Counted from the first letter of the stretch, positions 18,555 through 29,575 are shown. The stretch: 64,000 nt of DNA from an uncultured Desulfosarcina sp. (GCA_963674945.2 CAXXWQ010000004.1:1216001-1280000), one strand, 5' to 3'. Notes: generated by a model from the sequence alone, not told the origin. Numbers and translations are program-made.

Positions 18555-20408
18555 TTACATCTCCTGCAGCACATCCTCAATCTCGTCGAAAAACCGGCTG
18601 CGCGCATTAAACTGTCCCTTTCGGGAGCCTGCGCAAGTGATGTACAGGTAGCGTTCGGCACGCGTAACGGCCACGTACATGAGTCGGCGTTCTTCCTCCA
18701 AGTCCTCGTATCGCTCCAGGGAACGCCAATGGGGAAAGAGCTGTTCTTCGCAACCGATCACGAAAACCGTGTGGAACTCCAGCCCCTTGGCCCCGTGCAC
18801 GGTTGAGAGGTTGACCCCTGCGGAAGCTTCTTCATCGCCCTTGTCCTCACGAATCAGGGCGGCCTCTTCCAGGTATTCGACAATGGTCTCTTTTTGTGAG
18901 GCGACGTGGATCAATTGATCGATATTTTCCTGCCGGACTGTCAGATCCATGGCATTGGCACGGGTATACTTTTCCAGGTGGTCCATATAGTTGGTTCGAA
19001 AAATGGTCTGGCGGATCGCCTCGTCGGGTTTCAGATCCCGAATTTCGTCCAGCAATGACAACAAGTCGGAAAGAGAGTGGTATAGTTTTGGCGAAAGGAC
19101 CCGTTCGGCAATGGCTTTTCTTGCCGCATCCTTCAGGCTCATATCACCGATTCGCATCTGGGAGATCTTCTTTACGGTCCCTGGCCCGATGCCCCGCTTC
19201 GGCGTGTTGAGAACCCTTTCGAATGCCGTGTCATCTTTGTCGAACACCGCCGCGGTGATGTAACAGTTCAGATCGAGGATCTCCGCCCGCTCGAAAAATC
19301 CCTTTCCTCCCATCATATGGTAAGGGATCTTCGCCTGGCGGAACGCCCGCTCGAACGGCAAGGAGCAGAACTTCGTGCGATACAGCACCGCCATCTTCTC
19401 CAAAGGGATGTCCATTCGGGACAGACTGCGAATCTTGTCCGCCACCCATAGCGCCTCATCCCGGTCATCGTAAAACTCATGGGTCTCCACCACGCCCCCC
19501 GCCTTTTTCGAAAAGCAGTCTTTTTCCATCCGGTTTTCGTTGTGCCCGATGACCCGATTTCCCAGTTGGACGATCTCATCGGCACTTCGATAGTTTTGTT
19601 CCAGACGAAAAATCCGCGCGCCCGCGTACTTTTTTGTAAAAGAGAGAAAGTGGTCCACGTTGCTCATGCGAAACGAGTAGATGGACTGCCAGTCGTCTCC
19701 CACGGCAAAGAGGTTTCCATGATTGAGCAACAGGGCGGTAATCTCCTCGTTCAGGTCGTTGGTGTCCTGATATTCGTCACAAAGGATATACTGAAACCGT
19801 TTTTGATATTGTTTTCGCAACTCGAGATGGTCTCGCAGCAGATTTCGGGTCAACAGCAGGATATTGTCAAAATCCACCGCATTGGCTGCCTTGAGAATCT
19901 CTTCGTATCGCAGGTACACATCGGTCAGCCGGATGTGGCCCAAGTGGGAGTGGCGGTCGAAATAGGCACCGGGATGACCGCTGTTTTTGGCGTTGGATAT
20001 CTGGGCGAGAACGCCCATGGCGTATTTCTTGTCGTAATTCAGTGCCAGCAGCACCTCTTTTACCGTCTTTTGCTGGTGGTATGTCGTGAAGACCTGCAAG
20101 GGTGCGGCATAACCGGCAAGATCCAAGTTTTCCTTCAAGATCCGAAAGCAGGCGCTGTGGTAGGTCCGCACCCAGGGAAATCGGTTGAGCCCCATGCCGG
20201 TCATGCGGATCAGGCGGTTTTTCATTTCATCGGCGGCCTTGTTGGTAAAGGTGATGGCCAGGATTCGTTCCGGCGGTATGCCCGAATCCACGAGGTGGGC
20301 AAACTTGGCAGTCAAGGTACGGGTTTTTCCAGATCCGGCACCGGCCACCACCAGGGCCGGTGAACCTTTGTATTCGACGGCAGCTTGCTGCTCGGGTGAA
20401 AGCTGCAT
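18555..20408 (-). CDS. uvrD: UvrD/PcrA family ATP-dependent DNA helicase
   Basis: AGAGSGKT, ITFTNKAA, DEYQDTN, VGDDWQSIY, QNYRS, TVHGAKGLEF, YVAVTRA. Confidence 0.95.
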   Translation of the reverse strand: MQLSPEQQAAVEYKGSPALVVAGAGSGKTRTLTAKFAHLVDSGIPPERILAITFTNKAADEMKNRLIRMTGMGLNRFPWVRTYHSACFRILKENLDLAGYAAPLQVFTTYHQQKTVKEVLLALNYDKKYAMGVLAQISNAKNSGHPGAYFDRHSHLGHIRLTDVYLRYEEILKAANAVDFDNILLLTRNLLRDHLELRKQYQKRFQYILCDEYQDTNDLNEEITALLLNHGNLFAVGDDWQSIYSFRMSNVDHFLSFTKKYAGARIFRLEQNYRSADEIVQLGNRVIGHNENRMEKDCFSKKAGGVVETHEFYDDRDEALWVADKIRSLSRMDIPLEKMAVLYRTKFCSLPFERAFRQAKIPYHMMGGKGFFERAEILDLNCYITAAVFDKDDTAFERVLNTPKRGIGPGTVKKISQMRIGDMSLKDAARKAIAERVLSPKLYHSLSDLLSLLDEIRDLKPDEAIRQTIFRTNYMDHLEKYTRANAMDLTVRQENIDQLIHVASQKETIVEYLEEAALIREDKGDEEASAGVNLSTVHGAKGLEFHTVFVIGCEEQLFPHWRSLERYEDLEEERRLMYVAVTRAERYLYITCAGSRKGQFNARSRFFDEIEDVLQEM

Positions 20409-20475
20409 GGATGCTCCCTCCCTCAAGAAAAAGGGCTCCCGCAAAAAATGATTGGGGGAACCCGTGAGTCGGTTG

Positions 20476-20551
20476 TGGAGCCGGCGAGCGGACTCGAACC
20501 GCTGACCTGCTGATTACGAATCAGCTGCTCTACCAGCTGAGCTACGCCGGC
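20476..20551 (-). tRNA. tRNA-Thr(CGT)
   Basis: GCCGGCGTAGCTCAGCTGGTAGAGCAGCTGATT-CGT-AATCAGCAGGTCAGCGGTTCGAGTCCGCTCGCCGGCTCCA; 76-nt cloverleaf with CCA. Confidence 0.97.
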
Positions 20552-20837
20552 AAAACCACGAAAAGCCTTGTATCATGGGTGTTTATGGCCGGTCAAGCCG
20601 TTTCTTTCATTTGCGACAATAAGGCTTCATGAGGGCGTTGTGTCCGTCATTCCCGAACACCGTCCAGACGCTAAAACCAATCTGCCGCAAGCCGCAAAGT
20701 GACCATGCGGTGCCAGTGCTTCCCATAAGGCCAGCATGCCCGGTTCCCGGTCGGTTGTGGTGAGGTGATGGGTTGAACAGATACGAAGATTCGATCAGTT
20801 TCACCGCAATCTACCCTACAGCGCCCTGGCCGTAGCA

Positions 20838-22224
20838 TTGCGTGACCTGGTGCGCCAGCTTCTGACCGAGTCCGAGGACGCACTGGCCGGATGGCGGGAA
20901 CGCATTTTAAAGGCCGTGGGTGATAACGGCCAATTGATGATCGACATCATTGGCGAACTGGAGCTGATTATCGGTCCTCAGCCTGCGGTGGCCGAGTCGC
21001 CGCCAATGGAGGCGGAGCAGCGCTTTCACAGGATCTTTCTGCGATTCATCCAGGTGTTTTGCAAACCGAACCATCCTTTGGTGATTTTCCTGGATGACCT
21101 GCAATGGGCCGACAGCGCCAGCATGCGGCTGATTGATTTGCTGAGTAGCCAAGAATCCGGCACCGGCCACCTTTTGCTCATCGGGGCCTATCGGGACAAC
21201 GAGGTCCAGGCGGGACATCCTGTCGCGCTCTGGCGCAAGGATCTGCGTGATCGGGATATGTCCCTGGAAGAGCTGCATTTACAGCCCCTTCATCTCGACC
21301 ACTTGATCCAGCTTTTGGCAGACACCCTTGGCACAGATGAACGTGAAGTCGAAGCCCTTGCGGTTATCGTCTCACAAAAGACAGCTTGGATGTCGGATTT
21401 TCACGGGCCAAAACCTTGCTGGACAAGGTCAACCTCCACCTTGTACAGATCTCTGCATTTATGGCACGCGGTCAGTCGCCCGAAGCGATCGATGTCGCCA
21501 AAGCAGTTCTCGCCCAACTGGGACACCGTTATCCGGCCAGACCAAAACCTTGGCATGTCATCATAAAACTCATACAGCTGAAGTGGCTTTTGCGCAAAAA
21601 GAGCGCAGACGACCTTCATAACCTCCCGGAAATGACCGATCCCATGCATCGAGCCGCCATGAGCATTGGTCAGCGTATCGGCGGGGCGGCGATGTTCGCC
21701 CAAGCGAACCTGCTGCCAATGATGATTTTTCATGGCACCAAGATCTCTCTGATTCATGGACACGCACCCGAGTCTCTCAAACCTACGCTGCCTTCGGCAT
21801 GGTATTGGCGGAATCATTGGGCGAAGTCGACCAGGGATTGGCATTTGGTCAATTGGGTCTGGATTTGATGGAACGATTCCACCCCTATCCTTTAAAAGGC
21901 CGGATGTTACATGTTTACAACGGACTGTTGCGCCACTGGAAGGAGCCGATCCGAAACAGCCTAAAGCCGCTGCACCAAGCATTTCTGGCATGCCTGGAGA
22001 CCGGCGATTTCGAGTATGCGGCCCACGCCGTTGCAGTTCGGTTGGGGTATGAATTTTATGCTGGTAAAGATCTTGCGCAGTTACAAAAAGAGCTCGTCGA
22101 ATACCTGTCGGTCATGCGACCTCTCAATCAAGGTCCCCGTATCCATTACCTTCATTGCAGCCTTCAGGCCGTACTACGACGACCTGGGAAACACCTCACG
22201 CCAGCGTGGATATCGGTTCTCTGA
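20838..22224 (+). pseudogene. Fragmented AAA-ATPase/TPR region of a multi-domain signalling protein (kinase-AAA-GAF type)
   Basis: LVIFLDDLQWAD and LLLIGAYRDNEV motifs; no N-terminus; homology continues across three frames (20838, 21386, 21799 ORFs) with apparent deletions. Confidence 0.8.
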
Positions 22225-23216
22225 TCAAGGCCCTGAAAGCCATTGCGAGTGAGACCGTGCACAGTCGCATGGTAAAGACCATTATCAATACGGCAATGGA
22301 ATTTGCAGGTGCACAGCGAGGAACGCTTTTGCTCATGAAAACCGATGGTGAACTGAAAATCGAAGCCGAAGCAAGTGTGGACGGTGGCGATCCGAAAATT
22401 TTGCAATCCCTTCCGGTGTCAGCGGCCAAATTGCCCCAGGCTGTGATCAACTATGTTTGTCGAACCCTGTCGAGTATCGTGATCCATGATGCCCAGAAGC
22501 CCAATGATCAAATACCCGGTCTTCCTCAGGACCCGTCTGTGATGGTCAAGGGAATTCGTTCCCTGCTGTGCCTGCCGATATTGGCTGAAAATGGTGAGGG
22601 AAACGACCTGATCGGCATGCTTTACCTGGAAAACAATAGAGCCAGCGGCACCTTTACCCAGGAGCGGTTCGAAACACTGGAGATCATTTGCCTGTCTGCT
22701 GCGGGCCGCCTGGAATTATCGCGAAAGGCGGTCATCGACGGCCTGACCGAACTGTACAATCACTACTATTTCCAGAGTATTCTCAGCGAGAATTTCGCCT
22801 CGGCCCGCCGGCATGGCCAACCGCTGTCCCTGGTTCTCATCGACATCGATCACTTCAAGCGTTTTAACGATACCTGGGGACATCAGGTCGGCGATCTGGT
22901 ACTCAAAGAGGTGGCCCAGGTGATCAAATCATCATGTCGTGGCGGTGATACGGTAGCCCGTTATGGTGGAGAGGAGATAGCTGTTATCTTGCCCATGGCC
23001 CAGAACCATAAAGCCGAGATAGTAGCCGAGCGTGTCCGCAAGGCCATAGAGAATCACCGTATCAGTCACGGCGATGAACAGTTGTCGGTCACTATCAGCT
23101 TGGGTCTTGCCATCTTCGATGCCACCATTGCCGATAAAGATGAACTGATTCGGCGTGCCGACGAAGCACTTTACCGTTCCAAAGCCCAAGGGCGCAACCG
23201 GCTTACGATTGGATAA
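22155..23216 (+). CDS. GAF-GGDEF diguanylate cyclase module (C-terminal remnant of the pseudogene; possibly still expressed)
   Basis: GAF SLLCLPI..GMLYLENN; DGLTELYN, DIDHFKRFNDTWGHQVGD, RxxD I-site, RYGGEE. Confidence 0.8.
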   Translation: MQPSGRTTTTWETPHASVDIGSLIKALKAIASETVHSRMVKTIINTAMEFAGAQRGTLLLMKTDGELKIEAEASVDGGDPKILQSLPVSAAKLPQAVINYVCRTLSSIVIHDAQKPNDQIPGLPQDPSVMVKGIRSLLCLPILAENGEGNDLIGMLYLENNRASGTFTQERFETLEIICLSAAGRLELSRKAVIDGLTELYNHYYFQSILSENFASARRHGQPLSLVLIDIDHFKRFNDTWGHQVGDLVLKEVAQVIKSSCRGGDTVARYGGEEIAVILPMAQNHKAEIVAERVRKAIENHRISHGDEQLSVTISLGLAIFDATIADKDELIRRADEALYRSKAQGRNRLTIG

Positions 23217-23361
23217 CATCAATTTTTGATGTGAGTAAAAAATTTAGATACAGTGAGTATTTCGGTCCTTCTGCAAAAAAAATAAGTCTTTAAATGTTCC
23301 GGCAAGAAGGCACTTGCAATTATTGAATGAAAATCACTAAGGATATCTCAGGGACAGTGGA

Positions 23362-23727
23362 TTGTTGCATCATCTTATGCGGATTGCCGATCTTGATACC
23401 CTCATGGCCCATCCCATTCGAGGTAAATCCTGGGAGGGAATGGTAACGGAAGAAATTTTACGACGGTTGAACGCGCGCGGTATCAGTTATGATGCCTACC
23501 ATTATCGTACATCCGGTGGTGCTGAAGTGGATCTAATCCTGGAAGGCGAATTCGGCCTCATCCCCATTGAGATTAAATCCTCACAAACGGTTTTGCCACA
23601 GCGATTACGCGCCATTAAAAATTTTGTTCGGGAGTACGGATGTCGTTTTGGTCTTGTTATCAATAACGATGAGGCTGTCCGGCGCTATGCCGACGACATT
23701 GTTGGCATACCGTTTGGGTATCTTTAA
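23362..23727 (+). pseudogene. C-terminal DUF4143 (PD-(D/E)xK-like) fragment of an AAA+ ATPase
   Basis: GKSWEG, YHYRTSGGAEVDLILE..IPIEIK; N-terminal ATPase domain absent. Confidence 0.75.
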
Positions 23728-24029
23728 CGGAGATGAAATGCAGCTAAAAGACATTTAGGGAAAAAATTGTCTCCAATCTTTCCTTCGAAACCATTTTTGG
23801 ACGATTCCGGATGAATTTATTTTGTAATGACTCCAAATGGAACTTTCACCGGGAATCGCTGTACTGGCCATGGTGTTGGATACACTTTCGGAAAGAACTT
23901 TTTGGTTTATATGAGCTCTGTTGACTTTGTCAAAAAAGGGTGACAGAAACAGTCTTTCGGAAACAATCCGGATACGAAAAATCAAGCCCCTGAATTTCAG
24001 GGGTTTTTTGATTTAGGCCGAACGCGTAA

Positions 24030-24066
24030 GAATCAGCTGCGCTACCATCTGGTCTACGCCGGCAAA
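24030..24066 (-). repeat. Degenerate direct repeat of the tRNA-Thr 5' half (att-like scar)
   Basis: 33/37 identity with 20518-20554. Confidence 0.85.
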
Positions 24067-24091
24067 TATAAAAAAACTTCGTATTACGGCT

Positions 24092-27000
24092 ATGGATCAA
24101 ATTCCAGCGAAAAGTGAATCGGACATACTGATTCAGGCCATTTCCCAACGAAATGGACCGGTTGTCATCACCGGTGTGGACGAAAACGCCGGGGCGCTGT
24201 TCATCGCCCGCATGCGCCGCCAACTTCGGTTGCCCATCCTGGTGGTCTGTGCATCCGCCAAGATCGCGGAGAAATGGCAGTCCCACATCGATCTGTTTTC
24301 GGCGCAGACCGACCCGCCCACGGCTCATTTTCCTGCGTATAATATTTCTCCGTTCAAATTCATGTCCTATCACAATGAAACGGCCGCCCGCCGCATCCGC
24401 ACCCTGTATACCATGATCGAGGGGGATCGGGCACAGGTGACGGTAACGACGGCTGCGGCCCTTTGTCAGCGACTGATTCCCAAATCCGTGCTCACCGATT
24501 TCGCCGAATTGATTATCGCGGAAGAGGAGATCGAACCGGACCGGCTGGTGTCCAAACTGGTGGCCGGTGGGTATACCCGTAGCGTGGTGGTGGAGGAACC
24601 GGGAGATTTTTGTGTCCGTGGGGGCATCATCGACGTGTTTTCCCCCTTGTACGAAAATCCCCTACGCATCGAATTGTTCGGCGATTTTGCGGAAACCATC
24701 CGGTTCTTCTCCCCTGCGACCCAGCGCAGTCTGGACCACATCCATGAGGCGGTGATTTTGCCGGCCAGGGAGGCGACCCTGGAAAAATCGAATATGGACG
24801 CCATCGTAGGCCGCTTTCGAACCAGGGCGCTGGAACAGGAACTGCCCCGTACCGCCATGCGGGAATTTGCACGACGCATCAAGGAGCAGGGCGTCTTTCC
24901 CGGCATCGAGAGCCTCACGCCATTGATCTACGAAAAGATGGACACCCTGTTTGACTACCTGCCGGACAATACGGTCATCATCGCCGACAATCCCGGCGAG
25001 CTTTCCCGGGCCGCCGAGAAAAGAGCCCAGGTAGCGCAAACCAACCACGACAAGGCCTTGAGCGACAAGCAGCTTTGCGTGGCGCCGGCGGACCTGTTCG
25101 AAGAATGGCAAGCCGTCGTCCATCGAATGGACGAACGGGCGGCCGTCACCATAACACCCATGGCGGCCACCGACTTTTCCCAACGCCAAGCCATGGACGT
25201 CCGGATCCATGATAACGGACCGCTGGCCATGGCCATGAAACAGGCCAGAAAAACCGATCACCCCACAACCCCCCTGATTCAGTGGATCACAGACCAGCAA
25301 ACAGAAGGTCGGACCGTGGTGGTGGTGTGCGAAGCAAAGCGGCAGATAGGCCGCCTGGATGCCATCTTGGCCCCCTACGACATAAAAACGGATGCAGGGG
25401 CCCCCTTTCCCCAGCGGTATCTCCCGGGCCGCCTTTTCATTTGTCAGGGCCGGCTTACGGCGGGATTCGTCTGGCCGAAGGAACACCTTGCCGTGGCTAC
25501 GGAAGCCGAAGTGTTCGGTCCCCGCGTAAGCCGCCGCAGTACAGGCAAATCCAAGGTACACACGGAACTTCTCAACTTCTCCGATCTCAAACAAGGCGAA
25601 CTGGTGGTCCATGACGAGCACGGCATCGGCCGGTATGAGGGACTCGTAAAACTCTCTCTGGAGGGAACGGTGAACGATTTCTTGCTCATCGTCTACCGGG
25701 GCGACGACCGGCTCTATCTTCCCGTGGATCGTATGGGCCTGATACAAAAATACATGGGAGTGGAAGGGACGATTCCGGTTCTGGATAAGATGGGGGGACG
25801 ATCCTGGGAACGGGCCAAGGCCAAGGTGCGCCAGTCCGCGGAAAAAATCGCCGGGGATCTGTTGGACATTTACGCCAGGCGCAAGGCCAATACCGGCCAC
25901 GGCTACGGCGCCCCGGACCAGCACTTTGCCGATTTCGAGGCGGACTTCGCCTACGAGGAGACCCCGGACCAGCGCAATGCCATTGAAGCGGTAATAGACG
26001 ACATGCGAAATCCCACCGCCATGGACCGACTGGTGTGCGGGGATGTGGGCTACGGAAAAACCGAGGTGGCACTGCGGGCATCCTTTCTGGCCATCAACGA
26101 GGCCAAACAGGTGGCATTGCTGGTGCCGACCACGGTTCTCGCCGAACAACACTTCGCCACCTTTTCCCAGCGTTTCGACCCCTTCCCGGTGAAAGTGGCC
26201 TGCCTGAGCCGATTTCGGTCACGGTCCCAGCAGCGCCGGATCGTCGAAGAGATCAAAAAAGGGACCGTGGACATCGTCATCGGCACCCATCGGCTATTGC
26301 AAAAAGACGTAATATTCAAGGACCTTGGCCTTTTCATCATCGATGAAGAGCAACGATTCGGCGTTCGTCACAAGGAAAAACTCAAGAAGATGCGCGCCAA
26401 CGTGGACGTCCTCGCCCTCACCGCAACGCCCATTCCCAGGACCCTGCACCTGTCCATGATGGGCATTCGGGACATCAGCGTCATCTCCACCCCTCCGGAG
26501 CAGCGCCACGCCATCGTCACCTATGTATGTGAATTCGACGACGGCATCATCGCCGAAGCCATCCGCAACGAGCTTTCCCGCCAAGGCCAGATCTTCTTCG
26601 TTCACAACAACGTGGGCAGCATCGAGCGCATGGCCGACCACTTGCGGACGATCGTCCCCGAGGTCCGCCTGGCCGTTGCCCACGGGCAGATGGCCGAAGA
26701 GGCGCTGGAGACGGTGATGATGCGCTTCATGGAGCACGAAATCGACATGCTGGTGTGCACCACCATCATCGAATCGGGGATCGACGTGGCCACGGCCAAT
26801 ACCATCCTGGTCAACCGGGCGGACCGTTTCGGCCTGGCCCAGATGTACCAGTTGCGCGGGAGGGTCGGTCGATCCGACGAGCAGGCTTACGCCTACCTGT
26901 TCATACCGGAGGAGAGCCGGCTGGGGACCGATGCCCAAAAACGCCTCAAGGTACTCATGGAGCACAGCGATCTGGGCTCCGGATTCCAGATCGCCTTGAA

Positions 27001-27589
27001 CGACCTGAAGATCCGTGGCGGTGGCGCGATTCTGGGCGCCTCCCAATCGGGACACATCGCCGCCGTGGGATATGACATGTTTCTCAAACTGATGGAAGAG
27101 GCCGTGGCCCAGATCAAGGGAGAGCCCATAGTGGAAGGATTGGAACCAGAGATCAACCTTCCCATGTCGGCACATCTGGCCGAAGACTACGTGGCCGACA
27201 TCGACCAGCGCCTCACCCTGTACCGCCGCCTGGCCAAAATGGATGACCTCAAGGAGATATCGGCCATGAAAGCGGAACTGGCGGATCGCTTCGGACCTCT
27301 TCCCGAAGAGACGGAAAACCTGCTGCTCAAGATCCTGCTGCGTGTTTTGTCCGTTCGAGCAGGAGTCAAACGCCTGGATATTATGGGCAATCAGCTCAGC
27401 CTGACGTTCAGCGAAACCCACCAGCGCCATCCACTGGGTATCGTCGAAATGATCTCGTCGGGCAATTCGGACTACCGCTTTACACCGGAACATATTTTCA
27501 AGGCCGGCTTGAACAAGGGGCCGCCACGTGTGCAACTTGCCCAAACGAAAAACATCTTGATAGAAATAGCGCAACATGTTAATTCTTGA
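24092..27589 (+). CDS. mfd: Transcription-repair coupling factor
   Basis: UvrB-like N-terminus, RID HGIGRYEG, GDVGYGKTEVA, DEEQRFG, TATPIPRT, QLRGRVGRS, TRG motif. Confidence 0.97.
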   Translation: MDQIPAKSESDILIQAISQRNGPVVITGVDENAGALFIARMRRQLRLPILVVCASAKIAEKWQSHIDLFSAQTDPPTAHFPAYNISPFKFMSYHNETAARRIRTLYTMIEGDRAQVTVTTAAALCQRLIPKSVLTDFAELIIAEEEIEPDRLVSKLVAGGYTRSVVVEEPGDFCVRGGIIDVFSPLYENPLRIELFGDFAETIRFFSPATQRSLDHIHEAVILPAREATLEKSNMDAIVGRFRTRALEQELPRTAMREFARRIKEQGVFPGIESLTPLIYEKMDTLFDYLPDNTVIIADNPGELSRAAEKRAQVAQTNHDKALSDKQLCVAPADLFEEWQAVVHRMDERAAVTITPMAATDFSQRQAMDVRIHDNGPLAMAMKQARKTDHPTTPLIQWITDQQTEGRTVVVVCEAKRQIGRLDAILAPYDIKTDAGAPFPQRYLPGRLFICQGRLTAGFVWPKEHLAVATEAEVFGPRVSRRSTGKSKVHTELLNFSDLKQGELVVHDEHGIGRYEGLVKLSLEGTVNDFLLIVYRGDDRLYLPVDRMGLIQKYMGVEGTIPVLDKMGGRSWERAKAKVRQSAEKIAGDLLDIYARRKANTGHGYGAPDQHFADFEADFAYEETPDQRNAIEAVIDDMRNPTAMDRLVCGDVGYGKTEVALRASFLAINEAKQVALLVPTTVLAEQHFATFSQRFDPFPVKVACLSRFRSRSQQRRIVEEIKKGTVDIVIGTHRLLQKDVIFKDLGLFIIDEEQRFGVRHKEKLKKMRANVDVLALTATPIPRTLHLSMMGIRDISVISTPPEQRHAIVTYVCEFDDGIIAEAIRNELSRQGQIFFVHNNVGSIERMADHLRTIVPEVRLAVAHGQMAEEALETVMMRFMEHEIDMLVCTTIIESGIDVATANTILVNRADRFGLAQMYQLRGRVGRSDEQAYAYLFIPEESRLGTDAQKRLKVLMEHSDLGSGFQIALNDLKIRGGGAILGASQSGHIAAVGYDMFLKLMEEAVAQIKGEPIVEGLEPEINLPMSAHLAEDYVADIDQRLTLYRRLAKMDDLKEISAMKAELADRFGPLPEETENLLLKILLRVLSVRAGVKRLDIMGNQLSLTFSETHQRHPLGIVEMISSGNSDYRFTPEHIFKAGLNKGPPRVQLAQTKNILIEIAQHVNS

Positions 27590-27679
27590 TCATTTATGAT
27601 AAAAATATATGGAAGGGTTGCAATACGTTACGCAGCATTCGCATGGCTGCTCCGCCCATTTCGCCGACCATTGTGCAAA

Positions 27680-28429
27680 ATGGATCACAAAAGGGCGGCC
27701 GCCATTTTTTTTCGTCCTGCCGGTTTGCCCCTGCTGATCCTTATTATGGGATACATGGGCGTTACGGGATGCATGGACACCGATGGCGCCTCCCATTCAC
27801 AGCAGATTTTAATTCGCTGCGACAGGCAAATCGTGACACGCTCCCAGTTTGAACGTGCCTTCGGAGCGGCTTGGATCGCTTACAGCGATGATCCGACGGC
27901 AGGATCGGATGTGGCTGCCAATGCCCGCCTGCGGTTGCTCAAGCAAATGACCGAAGAGGTCATCGCCCATCGGCGCGCCGTGGAATTGGGAATTGTGCTG
28001 CGCGAGGATGAATTGGAAGCGGCAATCGGGGATATCAAGAAAGATTATCCGGAAAACCAGTTTTCCCAGATGTTGCTGGAAAGCGCCATCCCGTTTTCCC
28101 TGTGGCGGGATCGGCTGCGGGCGAGACTTTTGTTGGAAAAGGTCGTTCGCGAGGATCTGGGCCGGTCCATAGACGTTACGGAGCAGGAGGTTCAGGCCTT
28201 CTACGAGGCACACGCCGAAGAATTCGAAGGCTTGGAAACCGAATCACAGACGGATCTTTCCCACCGTATGGTCCAGCGGATCCGGCGGGAAAAAGTGGAG
28301 GCCGCCTATCCGGACTGGATGGACGGGTTACAAAAACGCTACGGGGTCGAGATCAACTGGCAGTTGTGGGATCAAATCCAGGGCTCCGACGATCTATCGG
28401 TGAACCATAAGAGGAACGCATCGCCTTGA
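27680..28429 (+). CDS. SurA N-terminal-domain (lipo)protein
   Basis: Hydrophobic leader with VTGC; chaperone-like helices ending WMDGLQKRYGVEIN; located between mfd and surA; start uncertain. Confidence 0.75.
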   Translation: MDHKRAAAIFFRPAGLPLLILIMGYMGVTGCMDTDGASHSQQILIRCDRQIVTRSQFERAFGAAWIAYSDDPTAGSDVAANARLRLLKQMTEEVIAHRRAVELGIVLREDELEAAIGDIKKDYPENQFSQMLLESAIPFSLWRDRLRARLLLEKVVREDLGRSIDVTEQEVQAFYEAHAEEFEGLETESQTDLSHRMVQRIRREKVEAAYPDWMDGLQKRYGVEINWQLWDQIQGSDDLSVNHKRNASP

Positions 28430-29412
28430 AACGAAATTTTACCATCGGTGTTCTCTTCGGGATGTTGATGTTGGTTTTTGCCACCCGGGCCACCGCTTCG
28501 GCTGCGACCGAAGTGCTGGATCGGATCGTTGCCGTCGTCAATGAAGAGATCATTCTTCTGTCCGAACTGAACGAGCGAATGGAACCATATGTGCAGCGCA
28601 TCCACCAACAAGATTTCAGTCTGGAACAAGAACGGCAGATGATTTACAAGGTGCGCGAAGAGATCCTCAACCGTCTCATCGATGAGAAGCTCACCGACCA
28701 GGAGATCAAACGAAACGATATTCAGGTGGACAGCGCCGAGATCGATAACACCATCGAACGGATCAAGGCGGCAAACTCCTTTACCGACGAAGATTTGCGA
28801 AGCTACCTGGAACAGGAGCAGATGACAATGGGTGAGTACCGGGACAAGATCAAGGAGCAGGTACTGCGCACCCGCCTGGTCAATTATGAGGTGAAATCGA
28901 AGATTGTCGTCACCGAAGAAGATATTCGGTCATACTATGATGCGCACCCGGAAATATACGGTGGTAAGATCCGTTACCATTTGCGGAATATCCTGATGCA
29001 GGTACCGGCCTATTCCACCGATGCCGAGAAGTCAGAAATTCGCCGGCAAATGGAAGATCTTCGTGCCCAAGTTCTTTCCGGGAGCGATTTTGCAGCGCTT
29101 GCCCGTGCACATAGCCAGGGTCCGACCGCAAGTGACGGCGGGGATATCGGCATGATCGACAAAAAGACCCTTTCCCCCCAGATTCAGGCGGCATTGGACG
29201 GACTGTCACAGGGCCATCCCACTGAGGTACTGGATACGGATCAGGGGTATCAGCTTTTTTTCCTGGAGGCCATCGACCGGACCCAGGGAATTCCCCTGGA
29301 AAAGGCAAGGGATGAAATTCATCAAAAATTGTTCACGGAAGTCGTCGATAAGAAATTCCTCTCATGGCTGGAAGACCTGCGCAGCCAGTCGCATATAAAA
29401 ATCGTACACTGA
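28426..29412 (+). CDS. surA: SurA-type peptidyl-prolyl isomerase/chaperone
   Basis: DRIVAVVNEEIILLSE; parvulin FAALARAHS..GGDIG; WLEDLRSQSHIKI. Confidence 0.88.
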   Translation: MKRNFTIGVLFGMLMLVFATRATASAATEVLDRIVAVVNEEIILLSELNERMEPYVQRIHQQDFSLEQERQMIYKVREEILNRLIDEKLTDQEIKRNDIQVDSAEIDNTIERIKAANSFTDEDLRSYLEQEQMTMGEYRDKIKEQVLRTRLVNYEVKSKIVVTEEDIRSYYDAHPEIYGGKIRYHLRNILMQVPAYSTDAEKSEIRRQMEDLRAQVLSGSDFAALARAHSQGPTASDGGDIGMIDKKTLSPQIQAALDGLSQGHPTEVLDTDQGYQLFFLEAIDRTQGIPLEKARDEIHQKLFTEVVDKKFLSWLEDLRSQSHIKIVH

Positions 29413-29475
29413 ACCAATGATTGATGAACCCGCAAAAAGCTTTTCCAGGCCACATATGGCCAAACAATCACATGC

Positions 29476-29575
29476 AAGGAACTCGTTTCTTCTTACCCTG
29501 CCGATAGACGGAAACGAGGGAAAAGCTTTTTATAAAAAGTCCATTTTAATCAGTATTTATAATACTGAGTTCCTT
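29476..29575. repeat. Short element bounded by inverted AAGGAACTC ends; related end at 16101-16133
   Basis: AAGGAACTC (29476) / GAGTTCCTT (29567); TTCTAAGGAACTC shared with the 16121 region. Confidence 0.45.

Noticed and set aside
23755..23985. 76-aa ORF in the AT-rich part of the island
   Set aside because: No SD, no motif, atypical composition; probably debris
20552..24029. Prophage or defence island
   Set aside because: No integrase, phage or intact defence gene; the DUF4143 piece is truncated
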